Translations under genes and position numbers: made by a program | Origin: Pseudomonas phage vB_PaeM_GXNNA8 | Direction: 5' to 3' (one strand) | DNA: 64,000 nt | Sequence record: PV400810.1 | Shown: positions 30,131 through 38,840 of the stretch, piece by piece | Position numbering within the stretch: the stretch's first letter is position 1 | How the letters are laid out: each line of letters begins with the position of its first letter | Notes under the pieces: generated by a model | The model's database searches: none | What the model saw: the letters and a program-made list of their open reading frames with translations, nothing else | What the model was told of the DNA's origin: nothing

Positions 30131-30386
30131 AACTAGAAGTTAATTACCCTTAGTTCCATTGACTTAGCCATGCGTTCGTCAAGTGTTCTTATAATCGGTG
30201 TCCTTACTCAGTAAGCGTTTGATGAGTAACCAGAATTTACGAAGACCCCTTACTTTTATTCTTTTGAACTGCACACGTTCCATCTTTATTTCCACAGGAC
30301 CGTTGTTAGTGTCAGGCATTACTTTGCTCGTTGTGTTGAGTGAACTATAAAAATGGAAATGAAGCAAAAGATAAAATACTGATCAA

Positions 30387-30408
30387 CCCTCACCCCTAGG
30401 GGTGAGGG
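30387..30408 (-). terminator. Terminator 3' of gene 30420-30848
   Basis: CCCTCACCCCTAGGGGTGAGGG perfect palindrome. Confidence 0.6.
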
Positions 30409-30419
30409 CTAACCAATAC

Positions 30420-30848
30420 TCAGAACCGACTGCGTTCGATCTCTTCTGCCGACAAACCGTCGTAGAAGTGGTCGAGCGTGTACTGTTCGCCGACCTGCAC
30501 GCCATTTTCCCACGTCATCAAGATGCGTGCACGATGTGTGACGCCGACCCGGTTAGGTACATCACCCAGACCACCGAGTTCGGACAGCGCTTTACCCAAG
30601 ACTTTGATGTCAGCCTTTTCGAATGGGTAAACAGTGATCTCCGCGATCGCGTACTGCATGGTCAACGGGAGGTCATCGAGGAACTCGGGAATTTCTTCCC
30701 CCTCGGCTTGCTCGACGATGGTCAGACCCAGTTGCTTGGCGCGCCAGTCCTGGGTTACAGCACGAACCCCAGCGACTTCAACGATTACCAGAGGGCCGAA
30801 GTTCATTTCGAAACCACCAGCGCCCTTACGGATAACATCTCTTTTCAT
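30420..30848 (-). CDS. Hypothetical protein (142 aa) in the GC-rich island
   Basis: Chosen over the antisense 165-aa ORF because all neighbouring genes, the promoter and the terminator are minus-strand. A perfect palindromic terminator at 30387-30408 lies immediately 3' of it. Confidence 0.5.
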   Translation of the reverse strand: MKRDVIRKGAGGFEMNFGPLVIVEVAGVRAVTQDWRAKQLGLTIVEQAEGEEIPEFLDDLPLTMQYAIAEITVYPFEKADIKVLGKALSELGGLGDVPNRVGVTHRARILMTWENGVQVGEQYTLDHFYDGLSAEEIERSRF

Positions 30849-30916
30849 AACGATCCCCCAGATAAGTTGGACTTGAGTGTCGTGATTACCACCGCGTAGA
30901 CTGGTGTTTTGGTGAG

Positions 30917-31351
30917 CTATTGGGTGACGACTTCTTCAGCCAGGTCCACAGGTTCACCGAAGGCCGGTGCGGTTTCGTCGGTGTAGTCGAAGATGCGTAC
31001 ATGCATCAGTTGACCACCCGACAACGCCCACTCGGATTGCTCCTTGTTGTAGGCTTGGATCGCTTCTTCCAGCCCACCGTGTTGGTGGGTGAAGATGGTA
31101 CCACCGACCGACCAGCTGGAGAGGGTCACCGAACCATCGGCTTCCTTGTGCAGCGAGTTCAGGCAGAAGTAGGAACCATGGCACAGCAGCACCGGGGTAA
31201 CCCTTTCGCCCTTCACCAGTGCGGCGATACCAGCAGCACGATAAGGTCCACGGCTACCACCGTGGGTGTCGATCACATAACCGTTGTTGGCTTTAACAGC
31301 TTCCAGGACGGCGTTGTAGTTGGCGATGGTGAAGTTCGATTGTTTAGCCAT
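30917..31351 (-). CDS. Hypothetical protein (144 aa) in the GC-rich island
   Basis: ORF about 47 bp downstream of promoter motif 31399-31418. GC about 57%. Confidence 0.55.
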   Translation of the reverse strand: MAKQSNFTIANYNAVLEAVKANNGYVIDTHGGSRGPYRAAGIAALVKGERVTPVLLCHGSYFCLNSLHKEADGSVTLSSWSVGGTIFTHQHGGLEEAIQAYNKEQSEWALSGGQLMHVRIFDYTDETAPAFGEPVDLAEEVVTQ

Positions 31352-31398
31352 GGTGTAAACCTCTAAAAAGGAATGAATGTTGTGTACCTAATCACCCA

Positions 31399-31418
31399 AG
31401 TAATATAGACTTGATTAC
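31399..31418 (-). promoter_or_regulatory. Promoter-like motif AGTAATATAGACTTGATTAC, 47 bp upstream of gene 30917-31351
   Basis: 18 of 20 identical to the 30111 copy. Confidence 0.55.
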
Positions 31419-31437
31419 CACTGGACGTTAAATGTCC

Positions 31438-31668
31438 TTAGATACACTGACTCAACGCAATGGTCTTGGTGTAAATTTCAATCCTGACATCCAACAGGAA
31501 GAGTTTAGCTTGTTCATACGCCAAGACCGTATCCGCTGAAGCGATCTCCTGAAGCGCGCGGTTCTGAATGACGTACAGTGCTTCGATTTCACGATGAAGC
31601 ACTGAGAACTGACTCGAACACTTATTCTTCGAGTCCCGCCAGTCGAACATATCGATAACATTGCTCAT
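31438..31668 (-). CDS. Hypothetical small protein (76 aa)
   Basis: Second gene of a 2-gene unit behind promoter motif 31929-31950. Confidence 0.45.
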   Translation of the reverse strand: MSNVIDMFDWRDSKNKCSSQFSVLHREIEALYVIQNRALQEIASADTVLAYEQAKLFLLDVRIEIYTKTIALSQCI

Positions 31669-31705
31669 CTTACACCTCTGTGTGGGGGAAGGGGGTAAAC
31701 ACCAA

Positions 31706-31882
31706 TCACAGTTGGCGTTGAAGGCGATCTGCCATACGGCTTGCTTCGTAGCTCAGTTGACGGTAATGTTGCCGGTAAGACGGTTCTAGGGAACACATCG
31801 CCTGACGGGCATAACGACGAGCTTTTTGACGCAGGGTTTCAACACGCTGAGCTAACCCCTGTTTGGCCTGATGGGTATTCAT
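31706..31882 (-). CDS. Hypothetical small basic helical protein (about 59 aa; start moved to the ATG with a SD)
   Basis: The ORF track starts at a GTG (31927) that abuts the promoter motif. The ATG at 31882 has AAGGAG 8 nt upstream. Confidence 0.45.
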   Translation of the reverse strand: MNTHQAKQGLAQRVETLRQKARRYARQAMCSLEPSYRQHYRQLSYEASRMADRLQRQL

Positions 31883-31928
31883 TGACAAGGCTCCTTGACC
31901 GTTAAACGGTCTCTGTCTGTGCTTCACC

Positions 31929-31950
31929 CTAATGATGTAGGTTTGAAAAG
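31929..31950 (-). promoter_or_regulatory. Promoter-like motif CTAATGATGTAGGTTTGAAAAG, upstream of gene 31706-31882
   Basis: Core ATGTAGGTTTGA. Confidence 0.5.
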
Positions 31951-32050
31951 AACCTCAAGTTAAATAACCAGGTAAGTGAAGAATATGGGTTTGGGTACTA
32001 TTTTATTTACCAATTTTATGGTCTAATGACCGAACCCTCTATCTACTTCT

Positions 32051-32644
32051 GTGGACACGCCCATGGCCTTTCCAAACGATCTACTGTTTCTGGAACGGTT
32101 CATCGCTTTTAATAAAGAACGTTATTCCGATGAACCGAACATTGTTAGCGTATTAGAGCAACTCACCCTGGACAACACTACCCTCTCTGACCTCAGGAAA
32201 GTTGAGGTAGAAGGCGGTGAATTTGCTCGGGTGGTCAATATCGATTCCGAAGGTAAACTGACCGGTAAGAACCAACGGTACCTCCCAGCGGATTATGTGA
32301 AGAATAAGGTCTCCATGCTGGAGACCCCTGATCCGGTTGATTGGGACGTTTTACAAACCCAGGGAGTGGAAGGTATTTACCAAGTCAAACGAGACGAGGA
32401 TATCATTGAAGGCGCGGTATTGGTGTTCAAAGGGAGTCGTAACCCTGAACACATTAAAGCCCTAATCAAAACCAAATGCTACTACGACTTGACGGATGAT
32501 GAAATTACCCTCGACGGGGAGTTCACTCAGGCTACCATTGACTCCAACACCGTTACCGGTACCCTGGCTGTCGTAGAAAGCCATTACGATGCCATTCCTC
32601 GTTTTAACGGGCAATTCCGTTACGACGGCACCCTCACGTATTAA
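32051..32644 (+). CDS. Hypothetical protein (197 aa); paralog of 44331-44966
   Basis: N-terminal LLFLERFIAFNKERYSDEPNIVSVLEQLTLDNTTLSDL aligns with TIFLDKFVEFNKDRYKDDAEMLALFDGLTLADITISDI, and LPADYV with LPANIN. First gene of the plus-strand fibre module. Confidence 0.7.
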   Translation: MDTPMAFPNDLLFLERFIAFNKERYSDEPNIVSVLEQLTLDNTTLSDLRKVEVEGGEFARVVNIDSEGKLTGKNQRYLPADYVKNKVSMLETPDPVDWDVLQTQGVEGIYQVKRDEDIIEGAVLVFKGSRNPEHIKALIKTKCYYDLTDDEITLDGEFTQATIDSNTVTGTLAVVESHYDAIPRFNGQFRYDGTLTY

Positions 32645-32659
32645 ACAGGACTTATTCTC

Positions 32660-34102
32660 ATGGCTGACAATCCCGTGGTGATTAATGAACAACCGGGATG
32701 GGTTGAACCTTTGTTGGCTCTGATGCCGGATGACAAGGTTGAAGCCACCGAAGAAGGCACCGGCAATGCGAACAAGCAAGCGCGTGTGCTGGACGCTCGT
32801 ACCCGTTATTTGAAAGAAGAAGTGAATACCCTGACCACCAAAGTCAATGCGGTAAGTAATGACCGGTTGCCGTTTAACCGCAATATCGTGGTGTACGGTG
32901 ACAGCCGTGCTTACCAGTGCGTGAAAGGTAACGTTGGTCTGGCCTTCTGGACCAGTGCGAAGACCGAGGGGGTCGTAGCCTTCCCGGATGCCATGAACGC
33001 CGGTGTCGATGGGAATACTACCTCCCAACAAGCCCAACGTCTTCCCCAACTCCTGGCTTCCTTGGATAAGTTCGATGTGATTATCCATTTGGGTTCGGGG
33101 AATGACCGTCTGCGTAACCAGACGTTCAATGAAACGATCAATAACCTCTCCGAGATTTACGCTACATTGCTGGCCAATGGTAAGACCGTCATTGCGATCG
33201 CTGAAACCCCGGTAGAACAAGCCGCTATTGGAATCAGTGATGAACAATTGGCTATTCATTACCAAGTGCACCAGTGGATGCTCTCTGAGCTGCCTAAACG
33301 GGGCGTTATCGTGGTTAACCCCTGGGATGACATGGTAGAACCGGGTAATGTCAATAAGCCGCTGGCAGGCATGCTGGGGGACGGTGTACACCCAAGTCCC
33401 AAAGGAGCCGAGATCATCGGTAACCATGTCGCCGCTGCGGTGAGCAAGCTGTTCAAGAATACCATTACCTTGCCAACCAGTTATATCCCGTTCAGCACGA
33501 CACCACCAGAGACCGCGCACTTCTTCGGGAGTATTAACCCTAACCCTTTGCTGACCGGTAACGATGGTGTTGCGGGGGATTCGGGAGGTGCTACTATTAC
33601 CACGGTTGAGATCGCCTCGAATACCGGTATTGGGGGTAATCAACTAACCGGTTTGACCATTGGTATCACCAAGGAAGCCAACCCTTCGGGGGGCGAATAC
33701 CAGGTGATGTCCTTTACGGGCACGCCTACCGGTGATCAACCAACCCTGGGAATGGAACAGGATCTCTCTATTACAAACCTGACCGTAGGGATGAAACTGG
33801 TAGCTCAGGGTCGTTGGGCGATTCAAACCGATGCTGAAGCGGTCTTGCAAGTAGGGTTGGAACTGGAAGTAACCTACCAGAACGATCAAGTCCAAACTGT
33901 ACGCTCGGGTCAGAACACTGAACTGAATTACCCCCTGCGTCAAGGGGATCTCTCGGGGATCTTCGATACCCAAATCCTTGAATTGGCCAGTGTACCTAAG
34001 ACCTTGAAACTCCGGGTCGTGATTGTGTTGAAGAAAGGGGTCGCCCAAACGACCACCGTGCGGGTGGGTCAATTGAACACCCATCTTGTCTTTACCCCTT
34101 AA
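32660..34102 (+). CDS. Tail fibre/tailspike-like protein with SGNH (GDSL-type) esterase domain
   Basis: N-terminus GNANKQARVLDARTRYLKEEVNTL is shared with the next gene. IVVYGDSRAY matches the GDS(x) block I, and DGVHPSPKGAEI matches the DxxH block V of SGNH hydrolases. C-terminal beta-rich region. Confidence 0.7.
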   Translation: MADNPVVINEQPGWVEPLLALMPDDKVEATEEGTGNANKQARVLDARTRYLKEEVNTLTTKVNAVSNDRLPFNRNIVVYGDSRAYQCVKGNVGLAFWTSAKTEGVVAFPDAMNAGVDGNTTSQQAQRLPQLLASLDKFDVIIHLGSGNDRLRNQTFNETINNLSEIYATLLANGKTVIAIAETPVEQAAIGISDEQLAIHYQVHQWMLSELPKRGVIVVNPWDDMVEPGNVNKPLAGMLGDGVHPSPKGAEIIGNHVAAAVSKLFKNTITLPTSYIPFSTTPPETAHFFGSINPNPLLTGNDGVAGDSGGATITTVEIASNTGIGGNQLTGLTIGITKEANPSGGEYQVMSFTGTPTGDQPTLGMEQDLSITNLTVGMKLVAQGRWAIQTDAEAVLQVGLELEVTYQNDQVQTVRSGQNTELNYPLRQGDLSGIFDTQILELASVPKTLKLRVVIVLKKGVAQTTTVRVGQLNTHLVFTP

Positions 34103-34119
34103 TCAGAGGAATTTCTTAA

Positions 34120-37100
34120 ATGGCTATTGGTGATGAAACAGTAACACCGGGTGAACTACCGGCAATTGTCGAGGAGTCTCGATGGGAAGAACACCTCCCG
34201 GCTATGGTGACTGACGTACGAGTTCGCGGGGGAGACAACGGCGAGGGTGCGGCTAACTTCCAAGCTCGGGTGTTGGATGCACGTACCCGGTGGCTGAAGG
34301 AGAGTCTAGAATCCCTCTCAACTCAAGGGGTTGTTCTTAAAGGTAAACTCAATTCGGAAGCTGAACTGGAGGCTATTGATACCCAAGGGCTTCCGATCGG
34401 TACGGCCTACTTCGTTAACTTTGCCCTACGGGTATGGAACGGTAACGAATGGGCGTCTTCGGGTTCCTTGCAAGGGGAACGGGGGATTAACATGTTGGGT
34501 GTTTGGCCTGACAACCTCGATCTCCCTCTGCCTGAAGGGAATAAACCCGGAGATGCCTACCTGTGGCGGAATGACATCCATGTTCTGGTTCCGGGTAAAA
34601 CAGCAGGTGAGTTTGTCTGGGAAAGTTTGAACATTCGAGGTCCTGAGGGTAAGAGTACCTTCCAGCTGTGGAAAGAGATTCCTGGGAATGAAGAAAAGAC
34701 CCTTCAGGAATTCCTGGCTTCCCAACGAGGAGATAAAGGTGCTCAGGGAGATGATGCGTTCGAAACCTGGAAGAAGATTCCCGGTAACGAGAACAAAACC
34801 ATTACAGAGTGGCAGGAAGCCATTCGGGGTGAACGCGGTGCTAACCTTCAGGTACAGGGAACTGTGGCTGACCGTAATGCGTTGAATGCTAAAGACCCGG
34901 TTGATCAACATGGCTGGGTGACGTTGGATACGGGCCACCTGTGGATCTATATTGCAGACCGTACGGATTGGGTTGATGTCGGTCAGTATAAAGGCAAGGA
35001 CGGCAAGGACGGTACTGACGGTAAGAGTATCGTGGTGAAAGGGGCGGTAGACCTGGCTAGTGAACTCCCGAGTAACGCGGTCGAACAGGATGTCTGGTCG
35101 GTTCGCGCGGACAATACAGTCCGTATGTGGATTGAGAATAACTGGGTAATTCTGGGTAAATTCAAGGGAGAGGATGGTAAGAACGGTGTTGACGGTCGTA
35201 ACCTGATCGTTAAAGACACTGTAGCGACCATAGATGACCTCCCCAACCCCGGTGTAGAACAGGATGTTTATTCGGTTCAGGATGAGAATACCCTGTACAT
35301 CTACCTGAACAGCGCATGGCGGAAGCTGGGGGGGTTTAAAGGGGATAAGGGTGATGCAGGACCGGGTGGTCTGAACAGTGTTCAGGTCTGGTTGAATAAA
35401 CCCGAGAACCAAGGTAAGACGGAAGATGATTACTGGGCGGCCATGAAAGGCGAACCCGGTGAGAACCTGAATGTCTTGGGGACTGTAGGGACCCGTGCTG
35501 ATCTGGACAACTTACCCAACCCTCCGACTAACCAAGATGGGTATGTGACACGAGACACCCTTCGGTTGTACGTATGGAGTGCAGCGAGTTCGACCTGGTT
35601 GGACCTGGGTCCCTTTAAAGGGGAAGACGGTATCAATGGCCAGTCCACGTACGAACTCTGGATTTCCAAAGGGAACACCGGCAGTGAAGAGGAGTTCCTA
35701 GCCAGCCTCCATGGTCGTGACGGCACCAACATTGTTCTTCGGGGTGTGGTTGACACAGTAGCGGATCTTCCTGCGGATCCTGAAGATCAATGGGTCTATG
35801 CGGTTCGTGATGAAAACGCGATCTATGGATTCATTTCGAATGCGTGGGCGAATCTGGGTGTCTTTAAAGGGAAGGATGGTGAGGACGGTAAGGATGGCCT
35901 GAATGGCAAGTCCTTGGACATCATTAAAGTCCTGACACCTGCGGATGCAGATCCTCCTCCGATTAACGAGGAAACTCAAGGTAAAGCCTACGTTGACCTG
36001 AATAAAGACCTCTGGGTGAATACTGGAACTCGTTGGGATAACGTGGGTCCGGTCTCCATGCCAGGAAGTGATGGCGCTCCCGGTGCTGGGTTGAACATGG
36101 TGGATGTAGTACCCACCTTGGCAGAACTGCCTGCGCCAGGTGGTTATAAGCAAGGTGACGCTATCCTCGTTCTGGAGAATCATTTAACGTATTTCGTGAA
36201 TGATGAGGGCGAGTGGAGTCCTGGGTTTGATTTCCGGGGTGAACCGGGTAAGGACGGGGAACGGGGTGAACAAGGTCCCGAAGGTCCTACGGTGCCCATT
36301 AAAGGGGATTATGCGAACCTGGCAGCTTTACAAGCGGCTATTCCTGCGGGGGTTGCGGGGGATGCGTATTACCTGGCGGAGTCCAACACTCTAGCCATCT
36401 GGAGTACGTCGACTAACGCCTGGCGTGAAACCGGTGAATGGCGCGGTCAAACCGGTAAGACCGGGGGTGACGGTCCTCCCGGACCTCAAGGGAAACCCGG
36501 TATTCAGGGTGAGCAAGGCAGCCGGTGGCTTACGTTGCCGCCGGGTGTAGACGCACCTTCGGATGCCTTCAGTGGTCGAGTCGGTGACTGGGCAGTCTCT
36601 GAGACCTTCAATGTGTTCTACAAGACCGTTGATCGGGGTTGGGTCCTGTGGGGGCGTTTGGTGGCGGGTGATGTCAATTCCCCCATGGAGTCTGAAGGCC
36701 GGGTTGTCCGGTTGGGTAACCGTTGGGTCCCCCTCCCTATTGGTCCCGTACCGAATGCGGTTCCAGGGTCGTATTACGCCCAGGCTGTCAATGCAGAAGG
36801 TGACGGTACCGAATGGAAAGCTATTGAGTTTCCGAAGGGTATTGAAGACCTCCAAGCCAAGGATGGTAAACAGTACGTTCGGGTCTTCCGTGCCGGTACG
36901 GATATTCCTGAATGGAAGGAGTTGGATCTCACCTTTGACCGCTATGATTTGCCGATTAAGGTCTTTACGACCAGTGGGGAAATCAATCCGTTGGTGGATC
37001 AGTACATCCAGATCAATAACACCGCGGCGGGGGGTAAGCAAATGGTGATTGCTGATGGACCTAAAGCCCCAGTACGGGGAATGGTCTTGACGGTTAATGT

Positions 37101-37260
37101 CACCGGTGGAGCGGGTGTTGTGACCTTCTCCGGTAAAGGTGCAACACCCTTGGTGTGGCATAACGGAACTCCCCCTTCTGTCAGTGGATCTGAACTGGTC
37201 TACGTCTTTACCTGGAATGGAACCAAGTGGATTGGTGCGTTGGGGGCTGTTGTTCCTTAA
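34120..37260 (+). CDS. Tail fibre protein (1046 aa) with collagen-like Gly-X-Y repeats and repeated beta-sandwich units
   Basis: N-terminus GAANFQARVLDARTRWLKESLESL (shared anchor motif). Multiple GKDGKDGTDGKS, GEDGKNGVDGRN, GEPGKDGERGEQGPEGP, GQTGKTGGDGPPGPQGKPGIQGEQG stretches separated by W..G.FKG repeats. Terminator at 37272-37310. Confidence 0.8.
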   Translation: MAIGDETVTPGELPAIVEESRWEEHLPAMVTDVRVRGGDNGEGAANFQARVLDARTRWLKESLESLSTQGVVLKGKLNSEAELEAIDTQGLPIGTAYFVNFALRVWNGNEWASSGSLQGERGINMLGVWPDNLDLPLPEGNKPGDAYLWRNDIHVLVPGKTAGEFVWESLNIRGPEGKSTFQLWKEIPGNEEKTLQEFLASQRGDKGAQGDDAFETWKKIPGNENKTITEWQEAIRGERGANLQVQGTVADRNALNAKDPVDQHGWVTLDTGHLWIYIADRTDWVDVGQYKGKDGKDGTDGKSIVVKGAVDLASELPSNAVEQDVWSVRADNTVRMWIENNWVILGKFKGEDGKNGVDGRNLIVKDTVATIDDLPNPGVEQDVYSVQDENTLYIYLNSAWRKLGGFKGDKGDAGPGGLNSVQVWLNKPENQGKTEDDYWAAMKGEPGENLNVLGTVGTRADLDNLPNPPTNQDGYVTRDTLRLYVWSAASSTWLDLGPFKGEDGINGQSTYELWISKGNTGSEEEFLASLHGRDGTNIVLRGVVDTVADLPADPEDQWVYAVRDENAIYGFISNAWANLGVFKGKDGEDGKDGLNGKSLDIIKVLTPADADPPPINEETQGKAYVDLNKDLWVNTGTRWDNVGPVSMPGSDGAPGAGLNMVDVVPTLAELPAPGGYKQGDAILVLENHLTYFVNDEGEWSPGFDFRGEPGKDGERGEQGPEGPTVPIKGDYANLAALQAAIPAGVAGDAYYLAESNTLAIWSTSTNAWRETGEWRGQTGKTGGDGPPGPQGKPGIQGEQGSRWLTLPPGVDAPSDAFSGRVGDWAVSETFNVFYKTVDRGWVLWGRLVAGDVNSPMESEGRVVRLGNRWVPLPIGPVPNAVPGSYYAQAVNAEGDGTEWKAIEFPKGIEDLQAKDGKQYVRVFRAGTDIPEWKELDLTFDRYDLPIKVFTTSGEINPLVDQYIQINNTAAGGKQMVIADGPKAPVRGMVLTVNVTGGAGVVTFSGKGATPLVWHNGTPPSVSGSELVYVFTWNGTKWIGALGAVVP

Positions 37261-37271
37261 CAGTATGACTA

Positions 37272-37310
37272 CCAGGGGGGTCTACGGGGCCTCCCTGGTA
37301 TTCTTTTTGG
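37272..37310 (+). terminator. Terminator after the collagen-like fibre gene
   Basis: CCAGGGGGG...CCTCCCTGG followed by TTCTTTTTGG. Confidence 0.55.
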
Positions 37311-37323
37311 GGTATAAGTCATC

Positions 37324-38826
37324 ATGATAGAAGCGTTACTCTTTACATCGACCGCGAATGCCTTTCCGGACGATCCTTATCCGGGGCCTTCTAAATTGAA
37401 AGCGGGTAGTCTTGCCCAAGGATGGTACGGGATCACTCCTGCAACGGAATTGTTTGGTTACGAGGATTTAGCGAAACTCACTGGGATTGCCTTTGGTAAA
37501 GTGATCAATGAAGGCAAACCGTGGTTGAAGTTTTCGAACCACAATGAAACCTGTTACATTCCTCAAATGCCGATCCGGAATAATGTTCGGCGTATTCTGT
37601 TGACCCAAGCCGGTCTACGGACAGGGAGCTATGAGCTCCGGTACCGAGGGGTTATTTACACCGTGGGTCTCTTGACCATGGGGAGTGATGGCAATACAGC
37701 AACGTCTGAATGGGACCGGTTGTTGTATAACGTCCATGTATCAGATCCCAATGGATTCAACTGGCCCACTCGGTTCACGGATGCAGAACTGGGGATGAAT
37801 CAAGCGGCCAGCGGGGGTAATACTAACGGGAATACCAACTGGGGTAAAGACATTACGGGTAATGAACCCGGTACCACTCAAGCGTATCGGGGGTGGTACA
37901 CCATTAGGAATGTCACGTACTCTGCCAGTGATTCTGAAGTCCCTACCCAGGGATGGCGACCTATTCTGTATGCCAAGGGGACGTACCCGTTTATTGAAGG
38001 TCAGAGTGAAGCGATGGTTAACTGGCCGGGTTCATTGTTATTCAATACCGGACGGGGATGTGTCCATGGAAACCATATCTACTACTACGGTGGGGTAGAG
38101 ACCGCTACCAAAGAGTTCCGTCGGGTTAACTTTGAAACCCGGGTACTTGAAACCCTGAGTCCAACAGGGCCTACCAATCCCCCCCGGAAGAACTCCATCC
38201 TGGTTTCTGATGGTAAGGATGTTCTTTACTTCCTAGGAGGCGCTGCGAATGATGCGTACGGGTATAATCCCACTACGAACATCGTCACCCGTTTACCCAA
38301 TATGCCCCTGACTCCGCTGACAGGTGGAGCGGTTTATCTCAATGGGAAGGTGTACATCTGCGGGGTACAGTCAGGAACCCCCACCACGAATAAAGGCTTC
38401 TTGATTGCGTACGATCCTGTTGCCAATACCCACACCGTCCTTAAGGCCTTCGCTGAGAGTGGAGATTGTTCTGACTTTACGGTAATGGTTTATCAAGGGA
38501 AGGTGAGTGTTATTGGTGGGGTAGTGGCGGGGGCGAACAACCCTGGGATGTACCAGTATAACCCGGCTACGAACACCTGGACAACGGTGACTCTTCCTGG
38601 TATCCCAGTTGGTGCAGCCTTTGTGCTGGGGAATAATGGGGAACTCTACGCGATTGCGGGGAGTGTTAATGATCAACCAATTCAGTATTTTGAACCTCGG
38701 TTGAACAAGTGGGTGCTATTGGGAAGTTTGGGCTCGGGTGTTGCTACGAGTGCGTGGGGGGTGAACTACAACCAAGCCCTCTACCTCTTTGGCGGTTCCC
38801 AAGGGTATCGGATTAAAATCACGTAA
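37324..38826 (+). CDS. Kelch-repeat beta-propeller protein (500 aa), probable receptor-binding/tail-associated
   Basis: Repeated YxxGG motifs typical of Kelch blades (GKVYICGV, GKVSVIGGV, GELYAIAGS, ALYLFGGS). Confidence 0.6.
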   Translation: MIEALLFTSTANAFPDDPYPGPSKLKAGSLAQGWYGITPATELFGYEDLAKLTGIAFGKVINEGKPWLKFSNHNETCYIPQMPIRNNVRRILLTQAGLRTGSYELRYRGVIYTVGLLTMGSDGNTATSEWDRLLYNVHVSDPNGFNWPTRFTDAELGMNQAASGGNTNGNTNWGKDITGNEPGTTQAYRGWYTIRNVTYSASDSEVPTQGWRPILYAKGTYPFIEGQSEAMVNWPGSLLFNTGRGCVHGNHIYYYGGVETATKEFRRVNFETRVLETLSPTGPTNPPRKNSILVSDGKDVLYFLGGAANDAYGYNPTTNIVTRLPNMPLTPLTGGAVYLNGKVYICGVQSGTPTTNKGFLIAYDPVANTHTVLKAFAESGDCSDFTVMVYQGKVSVIGGVVAGANNPGMYQYNPATNTWTTVTLPGIPVGAAFVLGNNGELYAIAGSVNDQPIQYFEPRLNKWVLLGSLGSGVATSAWGVNYNQALYLFGGSQGYRIKIT

Positions 38827-38840
38827 TGAGGAGAATGAGT

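Noticed and set aside
30402-30899. 165-aa plus-strand ORF antisense to 30420-30848
   Set aside because: Long antisense ORFs are expected in GC-rich DNA. All flanking genes, the promoter motif and the terminator indicate minus-strand transcription.
30920-31366. 148-aa plus-strand ORF antisense to 30917-31351
   Set aside because: Same reasoning. The minus-strand ORF is positioned correctly behind promoter motif 31399-31418.
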